Notes: generated from the letters alone by a model not told the origin. A stretch of DNA of 64,000 bases from an uncultured Nitrososphaerota archaeon (GCA_963799845.1 CAWCYI010000004.1:1216001-1280000), one strand, 5' to 3'. Shown: positions 10,840 through 20,059, counted from the first letter of the stretch. Program-made: numbers and translations.

Positions 10840-11130
10840 ATGACCGAATTGGGCATGACCTTGTACATGGTGATCGAGAACTTCAGGAAAGGTGATCCTG
10901 TGCCCGTCTACCGACGTTTCCGAGAGCAAGGACGGTTGACCCCAGAGGGGCTGACATACGTGTCCAGTTGGGTCGATCTCAAACTTGAGCGCTGTTACCA
11001 AGTCATGGAATCGGAAGACCGGGCGCTTCTGGATCAATGGATCGCGAATTGGAGCGACATCATTGACTTTGAGGTGCATCCGGTCATCAGCTCGAAAGAG
11101 GCAGCCGAGAGAGTCTATCTTCGGATGTGA
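10840..11130 (+). CDS. DUF3303-family small protein
   Basis: LYMVIENF..GDPVPVYRRF..GR..PEGL.YV.SWVD....RCYQVME pattern. Confidence 0.75.
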   Translation: MTELGMTLYMVIENFRKGDPVPVYRRFREQGRLTPEGLTYVSSWVDLKLERCYQVMESEDRALLDQWIANWSDIIDFEVHPVISSKEAAERVYLRM

Positions 11131-11154
11131 AGTGGCAGAACCGTCTAATCGATG

Positions 11155-11320
11155 TCATTTTTCATTACCCCAGTCGAACAAGTCCGTAGACATGTAGCGC
11201 TCGCCTGTATCGGCAAGAAGCACAACAATCAGCTTTGCAAAGAATCCTTGCGTGAAGCCACAGAAAGCGTAGCACGAAGCGTCGCCTGAAGAAGCACCCG
11301 CCAAGATTCCTCCTCCATAG
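11155..11320 (-). pseudogene. C-terminal fragment of cysteine synthase (CysK-like)
   Basis: GILAGASSG...IVVLLADTGERYMSTDLF is the CysK C-terminus; the rest of the gene is absent. Confidence 0.75.
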
Positions 11321-11431
11321 TGACTCGTTGGGCAACACTCGAATGCCGCTTCGTCTGTCATGCATGATAAATTTCCTAATCAAATAGGCTCTTATCAGGT
11401 AGCAACCGACAATCTTGTGGTAGAAATCGCT

Positions 11432-12271
11432 TTGAGCGAAGATTTGACATGCCTGCATAAGATCCTGAAAGACAGCACACGGACGAGGATTCTGGAGGTT
11501 CTAGAACAGAAGGCACCGCTGACTTACCGGGAACTGCTTGAGCAATCAGGAATCACCAACACTGGAAGGCTAAACTATCATCTCAAGGTCTTGGGCGATC
11601 TAGTATCGAAGGATGGGCAGACAGGAAAGTACAGCCTAAGCGAGAAGGGAAGACTTGCTATCGATTTTCTAGGCAAGTTTCGGATGGCCTCGATAGGTGC
11701 TTCCCGCCAGCAACAGCAGTTGAAAATACCAAGGACTCCGTTCGAGAGAAGCGGCAAGGTTTTACAAGTTCTGTTGGGATTGGAAATCGTTCTAGTACTC
11801 CTCATCAACTTGTATGCCTACTTCACTCTTCCCTCAGTTATCCCTCTTCATTATGAGTTCAATGGTCAAATTCTTGCATCCGGACCAGACTACATCTTCG
11901 TGCTCTTCGCGGGCGTGTTCAACATCCCTCAGGTCATCTTTCTACTTCTTTCTCGAATGCGGTATTCGCTTGTAGACTCTCCGTTTAGCGCGATCAACTT
12001 TCCGTCATTTCAATTGCACCTTCCGAAGATCAACTACGAGAGAAGAGGCTACTGGGTTAACAAGTACTTCTCGCCGATTCTAGCTCTTGGGACGGTGGTT
12101 GGATTGATGATGATCGTCCTTAGTTTAGGAATTTATGAAAGCACGCTTTCCTCCCAATTTCTCCCGCCGGTGTACGTTATTGGAACGGTAGCTGTTGTCG
12201 CAGCGGCCGTCATTGCGCTGGTCGTCTACATGCGCAGTTATTTGAAAGGACTCGCAACAGACTCGGGTTGA
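11432..12271 (+). CDS. ArsR-like winged-helix regulator fused to DUF1648-type membrane domain
   Basis: LKDSTRTRIL, NTGRLNYHLKVLGDL, YSLSEKG; LPSVIPLHY motif plus about 4 TM segments; TTG 11432 taken as the likely start. Confidence 0.8.
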   Translation: MSEDLTCLHKILKDSTRTRILEVLEQKAPLTYRELLEQSGITNTGRLNYHLKVLGDLVSKDGQTGKYSLSEKGRLAIDFLGKFRMASIGASRQQQQLKIPRTPFERSGKVLQVLLGLEIVLVLLINLYAYFTLPSVIPLHYEFNGQILASGPDYIFVLFAGVFNIPQVIFLLLSRMRYSLVDSPFSAINFPSFQLHLPKINYERRGYWVNKYFSPILALGTVVGLMMIVLSLGIYESTLSSQFLPPVYVIGTVAVVAAAVIALVVYMRSYLKGLATDSG

Positions 12272-12313
12272 AGATTATCGGTTCTACTATAGCAATAATA
12301 GCAAAGCTAGGGT

Positions 12314-13219
12314 GTGAAAAAGCCTTTGCTGCCTACAACGACTTCATCTCAAAGTAGCCAAGTTGGGAATAACCAACATTACTGGCTGTTTTTCTTGTTC
12401 CTGATTATAGGTACCGCGATCATCGCCGTAGAACTGTTGTCTCAAAGTAACGGAGCTGCGGGCATAGTAAGTGAGACGATAGTTGTCGGCGTACTTCTCG
12501 CCTCATCGATCTCCATGAAAAGGAGTTTGCGCTTTGAGAGATACTGGTCCGCATTCTTCGCGTTTTTTGTCTCCGCAACTGTAGTTCTGTTAAGAACGCT
12601 TGCTTTAACTGGCGTGGCTTCGTACTATGGCGGATCAACATCGTCTTTTTCCGCTCAAGCTTTGATTGCGATAAGCGTCTTCCTTGTTACCGTTCTGCCC
12701 ATAATAATATTGACAAAAGCTTCAGGGGCGAGTTTAGCGTCTATCTTTCTCAAAAAGGGCGACCTTCAATTGGGTCTTGGTGTAGGCGTTCCTACACTAG
12801 TCATGCTATTCTTTGGAATCCTTATTGGATTCCAGCTTCTTTATGGCAACTCACACGGCATTCAATTTTCTACGCTACTCTCTGCCAGCCCCTTGGTATT
12901 GATTGCAGCGGCCCTAAACGCATCCAACGAAGAATTGTGGTTTCGGGGTCTCTTTTTGAAAAAATTCGAGCCATTTTTCGGCATGAAGATGTCCAACCTG
13001 TTGCAAGCTCCGGTATTCATGCTCGCCCACGTGGAGATGCAGTACTCCCAGTTCGGAGATAGTTTTCTAATTTTATTTCTAGTACTCGTTTTCATCGCGG
13101 GGCTGGGATTTGGATATTTTATGCAGAAATCAGAGAGCATAATCGGCCCAACTCTTGCTCACATAGGAGCTGATGTTGGAATCTATCTTCCGTTATTGTT
13201 GAGCCTGCTTCCTGTGTGA
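12314..13219 (+). CDS. CPBP (CAAX/Abi) intramembrane glutamic endopeptidase
   Basis: NEELWFRG, FMLAH, AHIGAD motifs; multi-TM. Confidence 0.9.
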   Translation: MKKPLLPTTTSSQSSQVGNNQHYWLFFLFLIIGTAIIAVELLSQSNGAAGIVSETIVVGVLLASSISMKRSLRFERYWSAFFAFFVSATVVLLRTLALTGVASYYGGSTSSFSAQALIAISVFLVTVLPIIILTKASGASLASIFLKKGDLQLGLGVGVPTLVMLFFGILIGFQLLYGNSHGIQFSTLLSASPLVLIAAALNASNEELWFRGLFLKKFEPFFGMKMSNLLQAPVFMLAHVEMQYSQFGDSFLILFLVLVFIAGLGFGYFMQKSESIIGPTLAHIGADVGIYLPLLLSLLPV

Positions 13220-13227
13220 CCATCCCA

Positions 13228-13930
13228 TTAAACTTCCGCGGGTTTCATTCGCAGATAAGGTCCCACAGCCTGGAGCACCTTGTTCTCGGCCTTGCGCAAA
13301 TGATCAACAAAGCTGGTTCGCGGGACTCCCATCAGTCCTGCGATCTCCCCGGCTGTCGCGGTTCTTGGCAATCTGTAATACCCATTGTCCAGAGCCGTCA
13401 TCAGAGGCTCTTGTCTGCTTCTGGGTCAGACCGCCGAAGAGAGAGGCAGTGGAAAGGAGGAAGGTATCTCTTACAGATTCGTCCGAGATCGATCGTCTTG
13501 AGATAATTTCCACCTTGCAGTACTCGTCAAGGTCCTTGAAGAGATTTTTCAGGTCTCGCTCTGAGAATGCGATGACTCGGTACCACTCCCACCCTTCAGA
13601 GTATACTGCGGGTTGAATCTCAAGGCAGTTTCTTTTTTCAATTGCGGGAAGTGTTGGAGGTGGAATTTTGTCGCAGGCGCAGTGCATCAAGACTACCTGA
13701 AGACTTGACTTTGCGAAAGATCTGCGGATGATCTTCGCTCCCAAGGATTTCGTCAGATTATGGATGTCAAGCGTGACCTTCGAATCGTACTGCAAGTCCC
13801 TATGGCCGATTTCGAGGACATCCTTGCTCCAGTTGCACCAGTGCGATATGATAACGGATGGGTGTGCTTTGGAAAATTCGTTGTACGGACAATCGTGCTG
13901 GAGCTTGAATGCAACCTCGTAATGCGTCAT
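13228..13930 (-). CDS. Bacterio-opsin activator-type HTH_10 regulator (frameshift near 13407)
   Basis: N-terminal HDCPY; removing one base gives LTQKQTRALMTALDNGYYRLPRTATAGEIAGLMGVPRTSFVDHLRKAENKVL with TAA at 13228. Confidence 0.88.
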
Positions 13931-14159
13931 GGATTAGTTGGATTAATCTGCGGATAAATTGCTATAGCCGTAATTTGACGGCTGCTTCATAAAAACGAGA
14001 CCAGTGAAAACAAGTGGGACTCCCTGGCCAGAATTTTTTGTATATGTTCCCCATAGACGCGTTCTATTTCTTTTCAGGCTATTTGGGACTGATCTGGACC
14101 GGAAGAAACCGGAATCTCATAGATATTACCCCGTCGTTCTGAAATCAGTCTGAAAAATC

Positions 14160-14477
14160 TTACGCCAAGGCAGTTTCAAGTTCCTTGTCGTATTCCATCC
14201 TTGAGATCACGAGACATTTGTGCCGAATTGTGTGGATGGGGCAGAGGAAAGAACCGCACGCACAATAAAATGACGCTATTTCCTTTGAAGAAAGTTCTTC
14301 GGCGAGACACACGAGGCAATAAATCGTTTTCCCGATAACTTTTATCGACTGTCTAACTTTCTTTGAAGGCTCGGCATAATCGAGCTGCTCATCGTTCCTT
14401 TCCGTGTCGTTTCCCTTTTCGTTCTTATTGCCGTCTATCGAGTAAAAAGAAATTATGAGTTTTAGAGACGTATTCAA
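14160..14477 (-). CDS. Small protein with AN1/B-box-like zinc finger
   Basis: CLVC-x14-CAC-x4-C-x2-H-x3-H-x-C; start uncertain. Confidence 0.55.
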   Translation of the reverse strand: MNTSLKLIISFYSIDGNKNEKGNDTERNDEQLDYAEPSKKVRQSIKVIGKTIYCLVCLAEELSSKEIASFYCACGSFLCPIHTIRHKCLVISRMEYDKELETALA

Positions 14478-14669
14478 GTTAGGATATTAGAGCACCTTTA
14501 TTGAAAGCTGGAGCTCGGCTTCATTGCTTGAATCATTAACACTCGTCACTGGTTCGGTTCATCTAGCAACAATTATTTGGAATTCTTAGCTCAAGTAATT
14601 CAACAATCACAATAATTCCATCGAAATACGTATTAACAAGCCTCACGTTTCCAGCAATCACGAATCTAA

Positions 14670-15002
14670 ATGACAACATACTTCGGAATATGGAAATTCA
14701 ACACAACCATTCAGCCGCCACAAGATCCAAGGGTTCTACTACAACAGAACTTGACCTTTCAAGCGATGTTGAAGCATGACCTTGAGTCGGGGGACATTAA
14801 AGAGGTGCATACTTTTCTTGAAGGAAATTCCGGCTACTTCATTTCCGGCGATATCACTGAAGAGCAGCTTCACAAGGATCTGCTACAGTGGTCACCGTAC
14901 ATCACCTTCGAACTTCACAGGACAGTACCGGGCCTCAAATCTGTTGAAGCACTCGTCGCCGTTGCTAGAGAACGCGTTGCACTGATGACAGTACCAGCAT
15001 AA
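14670..15002 (+). CDS. Hypothetical small alpha/beta protein (DUF3303/muconolactone isomerase-like)
   Basis: Clean ATG ORF; SGDIKEVHTFLEGNSGYFIS...WSPYITFE pattern; family assignment tentative. Confidence 0.6.
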   Translation: MTTYFGIWKFNTTIQPPQDPRVLLQQNLTFQAMLKHDLESGDIKEVHTFLEGNSGYFISGDITEEQLHKDLLQWSPYITFELHRTVPGLKSVEALVAVARERVALMTVPA

Positions 15003-15143
15003 GATCCGACAATAGAAGTGGTCGTCGTGCACCACTTCTTCACTTTCTTTTTGATTTTCCTCAGGGATTGTTTCGATTAGCTTCTTTGAAACGCAAGACC
15101 GGGGCATAGAGATTCTTTTTCAGAATGCTTCGATTCGAAGAGC

Positions 15144-16397
15144 GTGGACGAAATATCTATTTTCTCGAAGCGTCGTAAATGGTCAACGGCCGTTCTCCTT
15201 TTGGGAGGCGCGCTAGTGACGTTTACTAGTGTTATTGTCGCAGCGACGTTACCCCTAATTGGTTCTGCGTTCAAGGTAAACAATTCTGAGCTTGGACTCG
15301 TTCTCGCCACATACGTAGCTGGAATTGGGTTATTCCAGATTCTAGCGGGATTCGGTGCCCTAAGATTGGGGGCACGTCAGATATACTTAATCGGACTTTT
15401 GATAATAGGAGCCGCAAGTATTCTTTCGGTTCTTTCTACCAGCGTTTTTGAGCTTGCTTTGCTTCGCTTTATTGCAGGTTCAGGAGCGGCCTTCTCCAGC
15501 GGGACTGCCTACAGCCTTCTCTCAGTATACTATCCTGAGGGTCAGAGAGGAAAATCGTTTGGACTTTTCTTTGGGATCACAAACGGATTAGGAGGACTAA
15601 TCGGCCTTCCGGCCAGTGCGGTTTTGGGCCTAGCTTACGGCTGGGCCTCACCGTTCGAGATAATAGGCACAATCATTCTTGCGACAGTCGGGCTAAGTTT
15701 CATCATTCTACCAGTTGACAAAGGAGCTAGCGAGAATCTCAATCAGCTATCAATGATTTGGTCGAGAGGTGGACTGATTCTACGCTCACGATCAATATGG
15801 GGCCTATCACTGGGACTCGCGGGCCTTGCCGTGGTAGGAGTTGCAGGCATCGACTATCTTCCCCAATACTTCAGCCAGTCCCATCCTCTCTGGGGTATAA
15901 ACACGGCCGCAGAAATAGCCGCACTGGGGATTGGATTCACGATTCCGGGCGGCATCTTGGGTGGATGGATTGGAGACAAGGGAATCGATCGGAGAATTGT
16001 TCTGATGGTCTTCAGTACGATCTTGGGATTGGGCATAATTGTCTTACCTCACCTGACACTGATATTCTTCTGGGGATTGTATGCAGTAGCGGGAATCGCA
16101 GTTGGTATTACGAACGCTGTCATGTTTTTGATCCCCTCGTATCTGAAAGAAAGTAGTGGAGAGGGCGTCACTTTGGGAATCGGTGTAATTAATACAGTTC
16201 AGTTACTAATTACGAGCGTGTTCCTTAGCATTTTTGGATTCCTCTCTGTGACAAAAGGGTACACTCTTGCCTGGACGCTGATAGGGGTGATGGCAATTGT
16301 CCTTCTTCCACTTCTTCTTTTTGTATCATCCGATGGAGCCAAACGATCTAGCAACTTACAAACGGGACAAGTGGAGTCAGGAATCTCGCCTGTCTAG
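15144..16397 (+). CDS. MFS transporter
   Basis: About 12 TM segments; LRFIAGSG, YYPEGQRGKSFG, GGWIGDK. Confidence 0.92.
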   Translation: MDEISIFSKRRKWSTAVLLLGGALVTFTSVIVAATLPLIGSAFKVNNSELGLVLATYVAGIGLFQILAGFGALRLGARQIYLIGLLIIGAASILSVLSTSVFELALLRFIAGSGAAFSSGTAYSLLSVYYPEGQRGKSFGLFFGITNGLGGLIGLPASAVLGLAYGWASPFEIIGTIILATVGLSFIILPVDKGASENLNQLSMIWSRGGLILRSRSIWGLSLGLAGLAVVGVAGIDYLPQYFSQSHPLWGINTAAEIAALGIGFTIPGGILGGWIGDKGIDRRIVLMVFSTILGLGIIVLPHLTLIFFWGLYAVAGIAVGITNAVMFLIPSYLKESSGEGVTLGIGVINTVQLLITSVFLSIFGFLSVTKGYTLAWTLIGVMAIVLLPLLLFVSSDGAKRSSNLQTGQVESGISPV

Positions 16398-16425
16398 ATG
16401 GCTGAGACTAAATTTTCGCCAATCT

Positions 16426-16776
16426 TCATAGAAGTTGGACGTGAACTATCTTTCCGTCTGCTATTCGGTATATTGCCGCTGAATGGAGTTCCGAGGGGAC
16501 TCCTTCCACATTCACTCCGGTTATCTGTTCTTCGTCGATAACGTGCTGCCCTACTACAATTCTGGTCTTTATCTCAACGTTTAGATTGGGACTTTGATCG
16601 AACAATTTACCATAGAACGGGCGCATGCCATCATGCCCTTTCATCATCTGGTTTCCAATTCCATTCAAGATCAGGACGTCCGGGACATAATAGCTCAGAA
16701 ATTTCTCAAGATCGCGATTGTTGAACGCATCCACTTGTGCTTGGACAAGTGCTTCCGGAGATTCGTTAGACGCCAT
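16426..16776 (-). CDS. SnoaL/NTF2-like protein
   Basis: PEALVQAQVDAFNNRDLEKF...VIDEE...AIYRIADGKI; ATG 16776. Confidence 0.85.
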   Translation of the reverse strand: MASNESPEALVQAQVDAFNNRDLEKFLSYYVPDVLILNGIGNQMMKGHDGMRPFYGKLFDQSPNLNVEIKTRIVVGQHVIDEEQITGVNVEGVPSELHSAAIYRIADGKIVHVQLL

Positions 16777-16954
16777 CGAGTTCGATGTGTCTTGATTTAC
16801 AATTGTATAAGAACGATCATCGTCTGGAGAAGCTAATGCTATTAACAGAATCAGACTGATACATGACAGCAAAGTTGCACATCTAAGAGCACTTTTAGAG
16901 CATTATGCAGAGGTGAATCTTGCCAACCAATCTTGCCAACCAATACCTCTGTTT

Positions 16955-17347
16955 TTACTGTTGTGAGATAAAATGGAGAGCCAAGTTGTGGCCTTCGTAA
17001 GCAATCGGTACGAGTATCATCGCGGTTCGCACTTGACCGCCAGATTTCGTCTTCCATGTTACTGAATTCGAAGATCCGACGTACTTCGTCATCGCGTTTT
17101 GATACGCGCTTACGAGAGTCTTCTGGCTTTCCTTCGAAACGAACGCGTCTGGAAAGTTCTTTTCCACACCAGCCCATTCAGCGGGAGAGGAATATCCTAG
17201 AAGTGAGGCAAATTTTTCATTGCAGACCTTATGCAGGTCGTCCAGGTAGATGTAGACCGATTGGTTGGAGTTCTCGAATACTGCACTTAGCTGATCGCGA
17301 ATCCCCTTGACGACTTGCTTCAAATGTTTCTCTGAGTTGCTACTCAT
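16955..17347 (-). CDS. Stand-alone PAS-domain protein
   Basis: VFENSNQSVYIY, CNEKFASLLGYS, KTKSGG motifs. Confidence 0.75.
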   Translation of the reverse strand: MSSNSEKHLKQVVKGIRDQLSAVFENSNQSVYIYLDDLHKVCNEKFASLLGYSSPAEWAGVEKNFPDAFVSKESQKTLVSAYQNAMTKYVGSSNSVTWKTKSGGQVRTAMILVPIAYEGHNLALHFISQQ

Positions 17348-17504
17348 GACTTTACTTCGGGTACGGCGAAATTAACAACTTGTTATAACCCTTCCTGCCT
17401 TTTGATTGCCCTGATCCTAAGATAGACTTCTTGCGAAAAATTGGTTTCAGATAAGCTTTTTCTGAATCCCCAGCGGGCATGAAAATCTTAGATTAGCCTC
17501 TCCC

Positions 17505-17693
17505 CTCCAGCAAGAGACAGCTGGAGTTGTGTTCATGGATCCCCGCAGCCTTCGAATCTCTTGTGCCTTGTGCATGTTCCCCAGCATGGCTGCACAGTCA
17601 TCGTCACAATTGACGATGATCGAAACGACCGGCCCGCTTGTCCATAATGGACGTACGGGAGATTGTCGGTCTGGGATCCATGACGCAAACAAC
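17505..17693 (+). ncRNA. Putative bridge/seek RNA of the IS110 element
   Basis: 5' hairpin CTCCAGC/GCTGGAG; 11-bp closing stem TCATGGATCCC/GGGATCCATGA; two internal loops matching target and donor; 9-bp hairpin TCATCGTCA/TGACGATGA; transcript ends approximate. Confidence 0.8.
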
Positions 17694-17725
17694 CAGTCAA
17701 ACAATAGGAGTATGAATCGAAACCA

Positions 17726-18955
17726 ATGACGAGAGTCGGAATAGACGCACATAAGAAGAGCTGCACCACGCAGGTCTTCGCGGACGGAGAAGAGTCACCC
17801 ATACAATCCTTCGTCTTCAAGACGAGCAGGGCAGGAGTCTCTGAGATGCTAGCAAAGATTCCGGACAAATCTGTATTTGTCATCGAATCTAGCACAACTG
17901 GAAAGGCGGTCACGAGAATGATTTCTTCTTTCGCATCAAACCAGCACGTGATTCACATGGTTGCGCCACCAGAGAAGAAAGCATCTGTGAAAACCGATAA
18001 GAGAGACTGCGAGCGTATCGTCAAGGAGGATGCACTGGGCTACTTGAGAAGGTGCTACGTTCCCTCACAGTACATAGAAGACATGCGCTTTCTTGTGACC
18101 CAACAGATAGAGATTGGCGCAAAGATATCGAGAGTAAAGAACCAGATCCAAGCTCTACTGGAGAGAAACATGGTCCAGAGCGAGTTCTCAGAATTCTCTG
18201 ACGTGTTCAGTAACGGAGGTCTTCAAAAGCTCGGAGAGATAGAGCTTCCAAAGCAAGACAGGCTGGCTCTCGCATTGCATCTTTCGGAGCTCAAGTTCTA
18301 TGCAACCCAGCATACGGAGGTTGAGACCGAGATTGCAAAGATGGCAGCCTCAGACGAAGACTGCCAGCTTCTGTTCAGTCACCCTGGCATCAATGCTTTC
18401 ACCGCAGTAGCCATCAAGGCAAGAATAGGAGACGCTTCAAGGTTCCCCACAAAGAAACATCTCTGCTCGTATGCCGGAGTCGTTCCAGGTGCTGACAACA
18501 GTGGAGAGCGTGAGTCCCACCACGAACACGTAAAGCACGGCGACGTCATATTGAAGTACGCTCTAACATGCGCAGTGAGTGGAGCCGTGAAAGCCAAGAC
18601 GGATTCTGCTGTCAAAAGAGTCTACCTGAAGCACATCAAGAGGGGGAAAGCTCCTCAGGAGGCTCAGGTTGATGCTGCAAGGAAACTCGCCTGCATTGTC
18701 TGGAAGATGCTTACATTCAAGCAGAGGTACGTCGAGGAGGACAAGTATCTGACAGCGAAGAAGATGAGGCAAACATCCTTCAATGCTCAAAGAGTCATCA
18801 AAGACGCGATACTACCAGAGAGCGTTACAGAGCTAGCCAAAAGCCTTTCATCGGACGTTAGCGTACTGGAGCAGTACTCAACGAATCTTGATCGTATGCT
18901 TGGTCGTCACAATCGGAGAAAAAAGGAAAATAGCAGGCAGACAGGAGTGACTTGA
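17726..18955 (+). CDS. IS110-family recombinase/transposase (DEDD RuvC-like plus Tnp domain)
   Basis: VGIDAHK, VIESS, KTDKRD, HPGI, SYAGVVP..DNSG (catalytic Ser), ARKL; SD-like AGGAG upstream. Confidence 0.95.
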   Translation: MTRVGIDAHKKSCTTQVFADGEESPIQSFVFKTSRAGVSEMLAKIPDKSVFVIESSTTGKAVTRMISSFASNQHVIHMVAPPEKKASVKTDKRDCERIVKEDALGYLRRCYVPSQYIEDMRFLVTQQIEIGAKISRVKNQIQALLERNMVQSEFSEFSDVFSNGGLQKLGEIELPKQDRLALALHLSELKFYATQHTEVETEIAKMAASDEDCQLLFSHPGINAFTAVAIKARIGDASRFPTKKHLCSYAGVVPGADNSGERESHHEHVKHGDVILKYALTCAVSGAVKAKTDSAVKRVYLKHIKRGKAPQEAQVDAARKLACIVWKMLTFKQRYVEEDKYLTAKKMRQTSFNAQRVIKDAILPESVTELAKSLSSDVSVLEQYSTNLDRMLGRHNRRKKENSRQTGVT

Positions 18956-19035
18956 TGATGTTTAATATTCCTTCTTCAATAGAAGATTTTCACGGGAGAA
19001 ACTCGGACTCTGGGTAGCGAGATAGAATGCTTTGG

Positions 19036-20059
19036 CTAAAAGACAGTTGAAGAGAAAAGCTCCAGGGATTTGTATTTCGGATAATCTAAAAACATGAGCT
19101 CGAAGCGCTGACACCCCAATTCGACGTACTTCTTTAGTTTCTCTCTGACTTCGTCGGGCGTCCCGATGATAGTCTTCTCTATGTCAAACACATAATCGGG
19201 CGAAGGGAGCTGGACAATCGATGATCCGAGAGCGCCTACAACATCCATCACTCTCTTTTTCTTTTCCCTTAATTCGTCATGGTTTTTGGCAATGAGCACA
19301 TGGGCATGAATGCTCCTCTTGATGCTGTCCGGCGTTCTCCCTTGCTTCTTGAGCTCTTGATTGAGAAATTCTGCCCTCTCCCTGTATTGCTCGTACGTAG
19401 GTTCCGCGCCGATGTCCCATTCGTCGGCAAGCTCTGCAGCTACGCGCAGGGTTCTCTTGCCCCATCCACCTACCATTAACGGAACCTTTTTGGAGGGCAC
19501 GGGGTTGTTGACAACATTGTCAACGCCGTAATATTTTCCTCTGTAGCTGAACTTTCGACCACTCATCATTCCACGTATTATCTCGATACCCTCCCTCATC
19601 ATATCGACCCTGACGGATGCAGGTCGAAAGTCGTATCCAAAGGCTTTGTACCTCGAGCTCGTACCATCCCGCGCCGTAACCAAGGATGAACCTGTTGTCT
19701 GACATCAACGCTAGGGACGAAGCCATCTTGGCTACCAGTGCTGGATTTCTGTAATTGTTGCAACAGACGTAAGTGCCGAGGTGAACTCTTGACGTTACTT
19801 GGGACAGGGCGCTGAGCGTCGTCCATACCTCAAATGTCATTCCGTTTTTGCCTAGCATGAAGTGATCAGGCGACCAGAGCGAATTGTAACCCAGTGATTC
19901 TGCCTCCCTCGCAAAACTCACTACACTGCCCCAATTGACTTCAGAGTTAAGCGGCAAATCATAGAGTCCCCAATATTCTTCGGCATTTGGCGTTCCAGTC
20001 GCATCCCCAGCGTAGGAGGGTACCACTACGCCGAACTCCGCTTCAACCCTTGTCATCAT
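19036..20059 (-). CDS. LLM-class flavin/F420-dependent oxidoreductase (frameshift near 19652)
   Basis: AESLGYNSLWSPDH, YRNPALVAK, GYGAGWYELE then YKAFGYDF in the next frame; one extra G. Confidence 0.9.

Larger units (their letters stand above)
17472..18998 (+). mobile_element. IS110-family element with AG core at both junctions and subterminal inverted repeats
   Basis: AG at 17472-73 and 18997-98; TGAAAATCTT (17480-89) / AAGATTTTCA (18983-92); ends independently supported by guide matches in the 5' non-coding end. Confidence 0.85.

Noticed and set aside
17447-17913. Short ORFs across the IS110 left end
   Set aside because: No protein features; the region is better explained as structured RNA
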